Shown: piece by piece, positions 1-8,732 of the stretch
How the letters are laid out: the number at the start of each line of letters is the position of its first letter
Position numbering within the stretch: position 1 is the first letter of the stretch
Assembly (NCBI GenBank): GCA_963812155.1
Contig: CAWETW010000003.1
Span: 352,001-416,000, forward strand
Source of the DNA: Vulcanimicrobiota bacterium
Lineage (GTDB): Bacteria; Vulcanimicrobiota; Vulcanimicrobiia; Vulcanimicrobiales; Vulcanimicrobiaceae
Direction of reading: 5' to 3'
Length of the DNA stretch: 64,000 nucleotides
Program-made: the position numbers and the translations under genes
Notes under the pieces: generated by a model
Told to the model about the DNA's origin: nothing
Databases searched by the model: none
The model's input: the letters and a program-made list of their open reading frames with translations, nothing else

Positions 1-1
1 G

Positions 2-847
2 TTGGGATTCGCGCTCGAGCCGCAAGCGCCGTACGAAAAGCGCGCGCGCGGCGGACACGGATGCGAAGATCCGCGCGTCACCTACATTCCGGCACTGAAG
101 GCATACGTGATGGCGTACACGGCGTTTGGACCCGATGGTCCGCGCGTTGCCTTCGCGATTTCGGACGACGCGTACCACTGGGAGCGCCTCGGCTTAGCTC
201 GCTTCGACGGCACCGGAACGCCGGCGGGCGACGACAAGGACGCAGCCTTTTTCCCCGAGCCGGTCACGTCGCCGGCCGGCGTGCGCAGTCTCGCCTTCTA
301 CCATCGGCCGATGCTCCATCTTTCCGCGCTCGACGGCCGCGCGGCGATACCGATGATCGAGCGATTGCCGTTCGACGAACGCGAATCGATTCGCATCGCG
401 TACGTTCCGCTGGAAGCCGTCTTGAAGGATCGTGCAAACCTCCTCAACGTGGCCGAGAGCGTCAACGCACTCTCGCCCGACGCAAACTGGGGCTCGATCA
501 AGATCGGCGCGGGCACGCCGCCGGTACGCATCGCCGAAGGCTGGATGTCGCTCTATCACGGCGTCGATTGCATCGGGAATCACGGGCGCAAGCCGCTCCT
601 CACCTACAGCAGCGGCATCGTCGTGCACGATCTCGAGCGACCCGACCGCATCGTCTATCGTTCACCCAAGCCGATCATCACGCCCGAGACCGACTTCGAA
701 CGCGAGGGCACCGTCGACAACGTCGTCTTTCCGACCGGATTGGATCCGCGTCCCGATATCGGCGAACGCGTCTTCGATTTCTACTACGGTGCAGGCGACT
801 GGAGGGTCGCCGCCGCGCGCATGTGGCTCGACGACAACCTAACCTAA
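2..847 (+). CDS. GH130-like glycosidase/glycoside phosphorylase (5'-truncated by window edge)
   Basis: Motifs EDPRVT, DKDAAFFPE, YHRP, KIGAGTPP, NVVFPTG and YYGAGD are typical of the GH130/DUF377 five-bladed propeller. Confidence 0.85.
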   Translation: MGFALEPQAPYEKRARGGHGCEDPRVTYIPALKAYVMAYTAFGPDGPRVAFAISDDAYHWERLGLARFDGTGTPAGDDKDAAFFPEPVTSPAGVRSLAFYHRPMLHLSALDGRAAIPMIERLPFDERESIRIAYVPLEAVLKDRANLLNVAESVNALSPDANWGSIKIGAGTPPVRIAEGWMSLYHGVDCIGNHGRKPLLTYSSGIVVHDLERPDRIVYRSPKPIITPETDFEREGTVDNVVFPTGLDPRPDIGERVFDFYYGAGDWRVAAARMWLDDNLT

Positions 848-856
848 TATTCTGGT

Positions 857-1252
857 CTAGCGTGCGGAATTCAAACGGAACCGCAGGCTCAGCGTCGTGC
901 CCGGCGTCGTCCGCAGTTCGACCGAATCGGCGACCGCGCGCATGATGCGCATTCCGAAACCGCGCTGCGGCCGTCGCCGCGGCTTTACGAACGTTCCGCG
1001 ATCGACGACTTCGACGTTGAGTGCGTCGTCGCCGTCGACGAACGCGACGATGCGCACCTCACCGGCCGGCTCGCCGCAGTACGCGTGCTCGATGGCGTTC
1101 GCCAGGGCCTCACCGACCGCCGTGATGACGTCGAGGCGTATCGGTTCGGGAATGCCGACCGCGTCGAGGAAATCGGAAAGCGCGCGGCGCATCGGCGCCG
1201 CGGCCGCGGCGTCGGCGACGCGCTCGAGCGAGAAGCGGCCGTGCCTGATCAC
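857..1252 (-). CDS. RsbW/SpoIIAB-like anti-sigma factor Ser/Thr kinase (HATPase_c_2)
   Basis: C-terminal part of ORF 857..1954: AVGEALANAIEHAY, EVVDRG, RGFGMRIMRAVADSV. GTG at 1252 overlaps the STAS stop (GTGA). Confidence 0.85.
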   Translation of the reverse strand: MIRHGRFSLERVADAAAAAPMRRALSDFLDAVGIPEPIRLDVITAVGEALANAIEHAYCGEPAGEVRIVAFVDGDDALNVEVVDRGTFVKPRRRPQRGFGMRIMRAVADSVELRTTPGTTLSLRFRLNSAR

Positions 1253-1572
1253 GCCGCCTCTTCCAGATGCCGGCGCGCATCGTCGCGATTGGAGAAAACG
1301 TCGAAAACCTCGTACAATCCCGCATAGCGCACGATGCGGTCGAGCTGCGGCGTGGCGATGACGACCGCAACCGGCAAATCGCGTTCCTTCGCGACCAGGC
1401 GAAAGCGCAAGAGTTCGGTCAGCGCCGTCGAGTCGGCGTAGTCGACGCCGGACATGTCGAGCAGAACGCCGTCGGCTCCATCGACGGAAAGGGCGGCGCG
1501 CAACTCCTCTTTGCGCGCGATGTCGAGTTCGCCGCGCAGCGCGATGACGGCGATGTTCGGATTTTCTCTCAC
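1249..1572 (-). CDS. STAS-domain anti-sigma factor antagonist
   Basis: IALRGELDI...LLDMSGVDYADSTAL; 4-nt overlaps with both neighbours. Confidence 0.85.
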   Translation of the reverse strand: MRENPNIAVIALRGELDIARKEELRAALSVDGADGVLLDMSGVDYADSTALTELLRFRLVAKERDLPVAVVIATPQLDRIVRYAGLYEVFDVFSNRDDARRHLEEAA

Positions 1573-3059
1573 GATGCGCGCACCTCGGCAAGCGCACCGA
1601 CGAGCGGCGGCGCGTCGGCGCTGGAAAACGAGAGCGTGAGGATGGCGACGTCGTCGCCGGCCGATGCGTCTTGGAAGATTCTCCGGTAAATCCAGTTCGC
1701 CGGATCGGCGCGCGGCGGTATTTTCGTGATTGCGTCGAGCAGCGCGCGTTCGCCCGCGAGAATGTCGTGCGACAGTTCGGTGACGCCGTCGGTGTAGAGT
1801 ACCAGCAGTGCGCCCGGAACGGTCGTGACGCGATGCAAACGATAGCCGGCGTCGGCTGAAATTCCCAGCGGCAAGCCGCCGTATTCCAAGCAGCGCGGCG
1901 CCACGCCCGGCTCGGCCAAAATCGGTGGAGGATGCCCTGCGCCGGAGTATGCAAACGTGCATCCGTGCGTCTCGGCGATGCCCACGAGTGCGGTGACGGT
2001 CGGAGCCTGCGAGGCGTCGCGGGTCAAGCGCTGGTTGACGCGCGCCAGTATTGCGGCAGCGTCGGCTTCGACTAATGCGGCTGCAAGAATTTCGTTGCGC
2101 ACGCGGCTCATCGTCACCGCAGCCGACATGCCGTGCCCGGCAACGTCGCCGATGGCGAAGAGCACGCGCCCCGCGCCGAGATCGAACGCGTCGTACCAGT
2201 CGCCTCCCACGCGCTCCTGTTCTCCGGCCGAAGCGTACGTCGAACTGAACGTCACCGAGGGCACCGCCGGGAGAGCGCGCTGCACGAAAGCACGCTGCAG
2301 CGTTTCGACCACGCGCCGTTCGGCGCTGAAGGCGGCGCGCAGGTCGCGTTCGCGCATCTGCATTTCTTCGCGCTCCCCTCGTGCCCGTTCCAACCGGCGC
2401 CACGCTTGAGCGGTGCTGTCGGCAAAGAAGAAGCCGATTGCGAAACTCAGCAGCGCCGAAACGACGATCAACGCGCCGAACTCCGCAAGTTCCCGCTCGG
2501 ATTCCAAGAGCAGGAGATCGTTTCGCCGGTCGAGCTCCGCGTCGACGACGTGCCAATCGTTGCGGAACCGGTCGACGAATCTCTTGCCGGCTTTCTGAAT
2601 CGTCAGGGTGCTCGTCTCGGGCTTGCGCAGCGAAGGGGCTGCGACCGACGTGACCCAGGCCGAGTTCACGTTGGCCGCGTCGGCGAGCGCGTTCTGCGCG
2701 TGTGCCAAGTGCAGCTGCACCAAGAGATCGTTCAACGCGGCAAACCTTCCGGGAAGCGCGTGTCGCGCGGTCTGGTACGGCGCCAGAAAGAGCCGGTCGC
2801 GCGTCGCAAGATAGCCGCGTAGGCCGGTTTCCTCGTCGAGCTGATCGCGCAGGGTCGCGAACAGCAGCGCGCGTGCACGGCGGATGCTTTGCGACGTGTC
2901 GAAGGTTCGGGCGACCGAGTTACGGATGGCCCAGCCGGCGCCGAATTGGACGACCACGACCAGGATCAACGCGCCGACCCACAACGATGTCCAAGGCCGC
3001 AACATGCGCCTCAACGGCATGTGAAATTGCTTAGAGGGCGCGCCTTGGTTCCCTCTCAC
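1569..3059 (-). CDS. Membrane sensor: CHASE3-like domain plus SpoIIE/PP2C phosphatase
   Basis: Two TM segments; DEETGLRGYLATRDRLFLAPY (CHASE3); VGGDWYD, IGDVAGHG, AGHPPP, LYTDGVTE, DDVAIL (PP2C). Start could be ATG near 3020. Confidence 0.9.
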   Translation of the reverse strand: MRGNQGAPSKQFHMPLRRMLRPWTSLWVGALILVVVVQFGAGWAIRNSVARTFDTSQSIRRARALLFATLRDQLDEETGLRGYLATRDRLFLAPYQTARHALPGRFAALNDLLVQLHLAHAQNALADAANVNSAWVTSVAAPSLRKPETSTLTIQKAGKRFVDRFRNDWHVVDAELDRRNDLLLLESERELAEFGALIVVSALLSFAIGFFFADSTAQAWRRLERARGEREEMQMRERDLRAAFSAERRVVETLQRAFVQRALPAVPSVTFSSTYASAGEQERVGGDWYDAFDLGAGRVLFAIGDVAGHGMSAAVTMSRVRNEILAAALVEADAAAILARVNQRLTRDASQAPTVTALVGIAETHGCTFAYSGAGHPPPILAEPGVAPRCLEYGGLPLGISADAGYRLHRVTTVPGALLVLYTDGVTELSHDILAGERALLDAITKIPPRADPANWIYRRIFQDASAGDDVAILTLSFSSADAPPLVGALAEVRAS

Positions 3060-3167
3060 GCTCGCAGGCTTCCAGGCGTAACGGCGACTTTTATTGGTAT
3101 GAACAATGTGTCAGGGAGATGACAGACGGCGGGGCGCCGGCCTCCTATACTGGATCGAATGCCGCCC

Positions 3168-3908
3168 CTATGCGAGGGGCGGCACCGAGGTATAGAGTTG
3201 CTGATACGCCTTCGAGATCGCATGGTAGCACTCGCACGAGGCACCTTCGAGCCCGCTGCGATCGACGATGTGCACTCGGCCACGCCGGTAGCGGATCAAT
3301 CCCGCGCGCTGCAGGGCCGAGGCGGCCTCGGAGACGGTAGGCCGGCGGGAGCCGACCATTTCTGCGAGCAGCTCCTGGATAAGCTCGAAATCGTCGCTGC
3401 GCGCGCGGTCGGCGGTCGTCAAGAGCCATCGCGCGCAGCGTTGTACGGCGTTGTGCAGCCGGTTGCAGGCGGACGATTGCGAGATGACGTTGATCAAAAC
3501 GTTGGCATAACGCAGCAAGAAATCGCCGACGCGGGGCGCGCTTTGAACGATCCTCAAGAACTCGTCGGTGCCGATCAGGCACGCGATGCCTGGAACTTGG
3601 ATGAAGGAGCGGAGCGTTCCGGTTTCCCCACCGAGGATTGCCGAAATTCCAACCAGTCCTTCATTCCCAATCGTCACGGCTTCGATAGAGTCTCCGGCAT
3701 GCGTGCACGTAACCGTGGATGCGACGGCCGTCAGCGGAAAGCAGAAAAATTCGATGGGGTCGCCCGCGTTGTGGATCGTGAAACCGGTTTCGACGAATCG
3801 AACGTCGGCGGCCGTCTTGAGCGACGCCAAGGCGCTGGGTCCGAGCAACGCGAGCACGCGATTATCGGTGACGGGCAGTTTCAACTCGCCGGCGCGCTCG
3901 AGGTTCAT
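3168..3908 (-). CDS. Crp/Fnr family transcriptional regulator
   Basis: IGNEGLVG, SACNRLH..VQRCARWLL, QELLAEMVGSRRPTVSEAASALQRAGLIRYRRG. Confidence 0.9.
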   Translation of the reverse strand: MNLERAGELKLPVTDNRVLALLGPSALASLKTAADVRFVETGFTIHNAGDPIEFFCFPLTAVASTVTCTHAGDSIEAVTIGNEGLVGISAILGGETGTLRSFIQVPGIACLIGTDEFLRIVQSAPRVGDFLLRYANVLINVISQSSACNRLHNAVQRCARWLLTTADRARSDDFELIQELLAEMVGSRRPTVSEAASALQRAGLIRYRRGRVHIVDRSGLEGASCECYHAISKAYQQLYTSVPPLA

Positions 3909-3950
3909 CGCTGCGGCGCCTGGACGACTCTGACGAACGGACGGTATATT

Positions 3951-4268
3951 GTGGATTCCGAATCTTTGAACGGCGGCGCCTACGACGAAAGGGCGAACGT
4001 TCTCACGCTTTCCGGTGAGTGGGACTTTGCCGGGAAGGACGCGCTGCGAACCTTGACCGCACGGTTGCACGGTTCCCCCGCAGCGACGATCGACCTGTGC
4101 GGCGTACGCTTCATGGATTCTTCCGTCATCAACGAAATCTTTCGCACGTACAAACGGCTCGCCGCCGAGGGTGCTACGCTGCGTCTGGTCGTTGCCGACG
4201 AACGAATCGAGCGCTTGCTGCAAATAACGCAGGTGGATCAAGTCATGGAAGTCTCGCGCCGGGTTTAG
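3951..4268 (+). CDS. Second STAS-domain anti-sigma factor antagonist
   Basis: LTLSGEWDF...IDLCGVRFMDSSVI...RLLQIT; start uncertain (GTG 3951 or TTG 3966). Confidence 0.8.
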   Translation: MDSESLNGGAYDERANVLTLSGEWDFAGKDALRTLTARLHGSPAATIDLCGVRFMDSSVINEIFRTYKRLAAEGATLRLVVADERIERLLQITQVDQVMEVSRRV

Positions 4269-7200
4269 TGCGGAGTCGCGGCTTCGGCGACGGCTCGATT
4301 CATGGGCAGTAAGAGAAAACTCCGCCGCCGATCGTCGTCCTCGATGCTCGCCGCAAAGCGTTCGAGTTCCTCGCGCCCGCGCTGCGCCGCCTGTCGCGCT
4401 TCGTCTGACTTTCCAGCGGCCGCGTAACCCTGCGCCATGGCCCACCACGCGTAATGCGGCCACATCGCACCGGCGAAGTTGTTGCGGCTTAACGGTTCGA
4501 GCTCCGATGCCGTTGCAAGCGCGTCGCCGCTTCTCCCGGCGGAAACGTATGCCAGGATGAGGTCGGAGAGGTCGTCGACGAACTCGTGCGGTTCTTGGAT
4601 CGGCCGTCGCAACGCGATCCCCGCCTCCATGTGCGCGATTGCGGCGCGCGCATTGCCTAGGAGACGTTCTGCGTTTCCGAGATTGGAGAGCGCTGCGGCC
4701 TCGAACCCGGGAAACCCGATGTCGCGCGCGGTTTGCAAGGCCGTCTGCGCCATCGCTTTCGCGGCGGCGAGATTGCCGAGTTGCAGATGCAGGAAACTCT
4801 CGTTTACTTGATTGACGCAGGTCGTCCGCTTTTCGTGAACGACGTCGAGCAACGCGTTGGAGCGCTTGATGGAGTCCATCGCCTCGTGAAAAAGGCCGGA
4901 TTTCATCTGCAGCACGGTTCGATTTGCATACGTCAGCGCGAGGCCGCGTTTGTTTCCGAAGGAATCGTATGCGTCGATGGCGCGGTCGAACTCGCGCAGC
5001 GCGAGCGCGTAGTCGCCCAGACAGGTGGCCGTTGCAGCCAGACGGCCGCGGCTATAGGCTTCGCCCTCGCGATCGTTGGTGGCCAGCGATATTTCAAGCG
5101 AGCGTTGCGAGAGGTCGAATGCGGCGCGATACTCTTGGCGCAGCATGAGCGCCGTCGCCACCATCGCCAGCGCGCGAGCCTCTACCGCGCGATTGGCCAA
5201 GCTCGTCGAGCGTTCGCGCATGGCCTCGATATACGATCGAGACGCTTGCGTTTCGCCGATGTGCGACGTAATTTCGACCAGCAGAAAGAGCGCCTCGAAC
5301 TGGCCTTGCACGTCGCCAAGATCTTCATAGGATTCGAGCGCGCGGCGAGCGATATCGAGAGCCTCGGCGGAACGGCCGCACAGTTTGGCGTGCGTGGATG
5401 CATAAATCAGCGCTTGCGCGCGAGCCTCGCCGGTGCCGATCGCCTCGGCGGCTTCCCTCAACGCCGCGACGTAGCGGCCTTCTTCGTCGGAATCGCCCAA
5501 ACTGCGAGCCAGCATCACGCGGCGTTCGATGACGTCGAATCGCGCGCGCGGATTTCCCTCCGAAAGGGCGTCCAACGCGTCGATGTCCTCGCGTTGTCCG
5601 GTGCGGTCTCCGCGCCGTCCGCGCGCCTTCTCGCGGATGTCCAGTGCTGCCGCCCGCTCTTCATCGGACGCGGAAAGCGCGAGCGCACGGCCGGCCAGTT
5701 CGATTGCGTCGGCGTAGGCGTAGACCGCCGTGGCCGCGCGCGCCGCACTCAGATACCAGGCCGCTGCAGCCCGCGCATCCCCGGCAGCCTCGAAATGCAT
5801 CGCGATTTGCCGAGGCAAACCGGATTCGCTTTTGCGATAGGTCGTTTCGAGATAGCGAGCGATGCGAAGGTGGCGCTGCGAGCGAAAGGCCGGATCGATC
5901 TTGCGATACATCGCGTCGACGATGAGATGGTGGCTGAAAACGTAATCAACGTTCGTGCGCGCGCCGGCCTCACGGACGATTCGCCGTTCGAGCAATTCGT
6001 CGAGTCCGCGCGAAACCGCGGCGGCCGGCGCGTTCGAAACTTCGCGGAGGAGAGAGACGGTGAAGCCCAAACCGGCGACGGCCGCAAGCTCTGCAACATT
6101 GCGAGCCTCGGCACTGAGCGAGTCGAGGCGGCCGTCGATGAGCTGGGCGACGCTTTTCGAGACGGTCTCGGCTTCGGATACGCCGCGCTCGATCGCGGTT
6201 TCGATAGCCGCGGTGAGGAAAAACGCGTTGCCCTCGCTTTGTGCGTACAGCTTCGAGGCGAGATCTCCGCCGGCGTCGTGCAGCTCTTCGACGCGATCGA
6301 TCAGCGCCGAGACGTCGCGCGGCTCGAAGCGATCGATATCCAACTCCGACGCGTTGTCGAATACCTCTAACGATCGCTGCAGCGCGCGCACGGGATGGTC
6401 CGGGGGCGTTTGTTCTTCGCGACAGGTCCCGACGATCAGCACGGGTGCCGCCCCGATTTCCCGGACGATTGCGCCGACGGCTTCGGCCGTTGCCGAACCG
6501 GCCCAATGGAGATCTTCGAGAACGAGCAGCAGGGGTCGAGGCGATGCGAGACGATGGACGGCATCGCGCAATGCGTCGTGAACGCGCGCGGCCTCCTGAT
6601 CCGCGGTACGCTCGGCGGATACGACTGGGGAAACGGCCGCGTCGCGTATTTCGGGAACGAGCTGCGCCAAAATCGCGCGGCGTCCGGCGTCGGGTGGCCG
6701 CGCCAGCAGCAGAGGCAACGCCGAACGAAGCGCTTCGGCGATGGCTTGATACGGCAGCAGTTCGGGCATCGAGGTCGTTCCGGTGAAAACGCGGCCGCCT
6801 TCCGACTGCACTTTGCGGGCGAACTCGGAAACCAAGCGTGTCTTTCCCACGCCCGCTTCGCCGCGAAGTAAAACCAGCGATCCGGAACCGCGAGCCGCGC
6901 GCGTCCATACTGCTTGAAGTTTCTCTAACTCGCGCTCGCGCCCGACGAACGGAAAACCCGCGCGCTCTCGCGACGATGCGGTCGACGAACGTTCGACCGG
7001 AACGTTCAGGCTTCCGGGAAGCGCTTCGTTGCGCAGAATCGATTGCCGCAGACCGACCGTCTCGGGCATCGGTGCAACGTCGAGCTCGTCGCGGAGTCGT
7101 TTTGCAAAGCCTTCGTACTCCGCCAGCGCTCCCGACGTGTCGCCCGATTCGTAGCGCAGCGCAACGAGCTCGCGTAAGGCGTCTTCGCGCCACGGATCGG

Positions 7201-7780
7201 CGAGAAGAATGCGCTTCGCATCGGCGATCGCGTTTTCGAACCGGCGATCGGCACGATGCTTGTCGAGTAAGTGCTTCAACAACGCCAGGTACCGGGAGCG
7301 CAAGAGTTCGCGTTCGGCGAGCACCCAGTCTTCGTAGAGATCCGCCAGCAGGTCTCCGGTGTAGAGTTCGGCGGCCCGTTCCCAACTGTGCGGGTCGGCG
7401 CTCAATCGATCGAATTCGAGCACGTCCACGAAAGCGCCGCCTTCGGCATTCCAACGCACCGTTTCGGGGTCGACCGCAATCCACGGAACCGGCGAGGTGA
7501 GCGATTTGTTTGCCCGGTAAAGATAACGGCGAAGCTCGGCGAGCGCAGTCGCCTCGTCGGCCTCGGGAAACGTGAGATAGGCGAGGGCTTCGCGCGAGAC
7601 GGGATGGCCGCGCTTGAGCACGAGGTAGGCAATCATCGCCAGCGTGGTGGAGCGTTTGGCGAACTTTACCGGGACGCCGTCGAGCGTGATGGTCGCGTGC
7701 CCGAACAAACGGATATCGAGTTGACCGCGCTTGCCGGGAACCAGCGCCGTCGCCGTGCTTGCGCGCATGACCGCAGCCAT
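4265..7780 (-). CDS. SARP/AfsR-type regulator: wHTH + BTAD + STAND AAA ATPase + TPR
   Basis: IRLFG...VSREALA (wHTH); DVLEF...LYTGDLL...EDWVLAERE...DPWRE (BTAD); FVGRERE, GEAGVGKT, LLVLEDLHWA (ATPase); C-terminal TPR repeats. Confidence 0.9.
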   Translation of the reverse strand: MAAVMRASTATALVPGKRGQLDIRLFGHATITLDGVPVKFAKRSTTLAMIAYLVLKRGHPVSREALAYLTFPEADEATALAELRRYLYRANKSLTSPVPWIAVDPETVRWNAEGGAFVDVLEFDRLSADPHSWERAAELYTGDLLADLYEDWVLAERELLRSRYLALLKHLLDKHRADRRFENAIADAKRILLADPWREDALRELVALRYESGDTSGALAEYEGFAKRLRDELDVAPMPETVGLRQSILRNEALPGSLNVPVERSSTASSRERAGFPFVGRERELEKLQAVWTRAARGSGSLVLLRGEAGVGKTRLVSEFARKVQSEGGRVFTGTTSMPELLPYQAIAEALRSALPLLLARPPDAGRRAILAQLVPEIRDAAVSPVVSAERTADQEAARVHDALRDAVHRLASPRPLLLVLEDLHWAGSATAEAVGAIVREIGAAPVLIVGTCREEQTPPDHPVRALQRSLEVFDNASELDIDRFEPRDVSALIDRVEELHDAGGDLASKLYAQSEGNAFFLTAAIETAIERGVSEAETVSKSVAQLIDGRLDSLSAEARNVAELAAVAGLGFTVSLLREVSNAPAAAVSRGLDELLERRIVREAGARTNVDYVFSHHLIVDAMYRKIDPAFRSQRHLRIARYLETTYRKSESGLPRQIAMHFEAAGDARAAAAWYLSAARAATAVYAYADAIELAGRALALSASDEERAAALDIREKARGRRGDRTGQREDIDALDALSEGNPRARFDVIERRVMLARSLGDSDEEGRYVAALREAAEAIGTGEARAQALIYASTHAKLCGRSAEALDIARRALESYEDLGDVQGQFEALFLLVEITSHIGETQASRSYIEAMRERSTSLANRAVEARALAMVATALMLRQEYRAAFDLSQRSLEISLATNDREGEAYSRGRLAATATCLGDYALALREFDRAIDAYDSFGNKRGLALTYANRTVLQMKSGLFHEAMDSIKRSNALLDVVHEKRTTCVNQVNESFLHLQLGNLAAAKAMAQTALQTARDIGFPGFEAAALSNLGNAERLLGNARAAIAHMEAGIALRRPIQEPHEFVDDLSDLILAYVSAGRSGDALATASELEPLSRNNFAGAMWPHYAWWAMAQGYAAAGKSDEARQAAQRGREELERFAASIEDDDRRRSFLLLPMNRAVAEAATPH

Positions 7781-7814
7781 GTTCGAGAGCGAGCGCGATC
7801 CGGCCTGGAGCGCG

Positions 7815-7852
7815 TGCACGTTTTTGGCACGCCGCTCCGGTACGCTTTGCGC
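7815..7852 (+). promoter_or_regulatory. Putative SARP-activated leaderless promoter
   Basis: TGCAC(7815) and GGCAC(7826) at 11-bp pitch; GGCACGCC-7nt-TACGCT(7841-7846)-6nt-ATG(7853). Confidence 0.65.
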
Positions 7853-8203
7853 ATGATAAAACATTTCACCGCATCCGCCGCGGCCATGGCGGCTCTTCTC
7901 ATCGCTTCCCCGGCGCTCGCCGCCGATCACGACGGCTCGCTGCCGCTCTATTCGCACGGCACCGTGGCGGCCGGAATGGGCGGCATTCCTGCAAGCGCGT
8001 TGGCTCAAGGCGTACCGTATCAGCAAACCACCAGCGATTCGGTCTCGACCGTCGATGCGTGGTATAAATCGAACGTGCCGAAATCGTGCACGCGGCTCGC
8101 CGCTTCCGGCGGCGTCCGCTACACGTGTCCGGGCGGCACCATCGTGATTCAAAACCACAACGGAACGTTGATCAGCTTGCTGCCGGCAATGCCGCATTTC
8201 TGA
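7853..8203 (+). CDS. Small secreted protein (116 aa, two Cys)
   Basis: Signal peptide MIKHFTASAAAMAALLIASPALA; TTSDSVSTVDAWYKSNVP; divergent from the SARP regulator. Confidence 0.8.
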   Translation: MIKHFTASAAAMAALLIASPALAADHDGSLPLYSHGTVAAGMGGIPASALAQGVPYQQTTSDSVSTVDAWYKSNVPKSCTRLAASGGVRYTCPGGTIVIQNHNGTLISLLPAMPHF

Positions 8204-8254
8204 TCCCTCAGGAAATACGCAACCGCTGGATAGGCGACGTGCATCGCCTATCCA

Positions 8255-8443
8255 TTAATCTTTCCGGGACTGTGAGGCGAGGTATGAGGCGATGAAATCG
8301 GCGACGTCGCGCGTGTCGGTGAAGAAGAGTCGCCTGCCGGAGGTGACTTCCTGGACGGAGCCGCGCCAGTGCGGCGCGCCGTCGAGCTCTTCGGTGCGCC
8401 ACGTTCTCACGAGGAACGTGACGTCACGCTTTTCCGAGTTCAC
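8255..8443 (-). CDS. Small hypothetical protein (62 aa)
   Basis: TFLVRTW...HWRGSVQEVTSGRRLFF...VADFI; protein-like composition; has its own promoter motif. Confidence 0.75.
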   Translation of the reverse strand: MNSEKRDVTFLVRTWRTEELDGAPHWRGSVQEVTSGRRLFFTDTRDVADFIASYLASQSRKD

Positions 8444-8481
8444 GCCTCCAGCCTACGGCTAGGGCGTGCCGTGCGTGTGCC
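8444..8481 (-). promoter_or_regulatory. Second copy of the putative SARP-activated promoter
   Basis: Minus strand reads GGCAC-acgcac-GGCACGCC-ctagccg-TAGGCT-ggaggc-GTG(8443); spacings identical to 7815-7852. Confidence 0.65.
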
Positions 8482-8527
8482 GCGCCCGCTGCGTGTGGAA
8501 CTCGGGGGCCGAGGGTAGCACTCAACT

Positions 8528-8716
8528 ATGGCCATTCGATCGGAAAAGCGATTTCGGCGCGACCGCGCGGGCGAAATATTTCAGAGCGACCTCACCGAAG
8601 AAGACCTGCCGGCGCCGCCCGTGCGCGAGGAGGCGGATCACGATCTCCGGGGCGATCCCGGCGTAGATTCGCAAGAAGCCGACGAGTTCATGAAGCAGCG
8701 GAAGTTCGAACGGTGA
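8528..8716 (+). CDS. Small acidic hydrophilic hypothetical protein
   Basis: 62-aa ORF filling a gap; GGGTAG (8513-8518) 9 nt upstream of ATG. Confidence 0.55.
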   Translation: MAIRSEKRFRRDRAGEIFQSDLTEEDLPAPPVREEADHDLRGDPGVDSQEADEFMKQRKFER

Positions 8717-8732
8717 AGCTGCCGGCGGGCGC

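Noticed and set aside
4265..7780. Avs-type anti-phage STAND system
   Set aside because: The N-terminus is wHTH-BTAD rather than a nuclease/TIR/SIR2 effector, and there is no defence-island context
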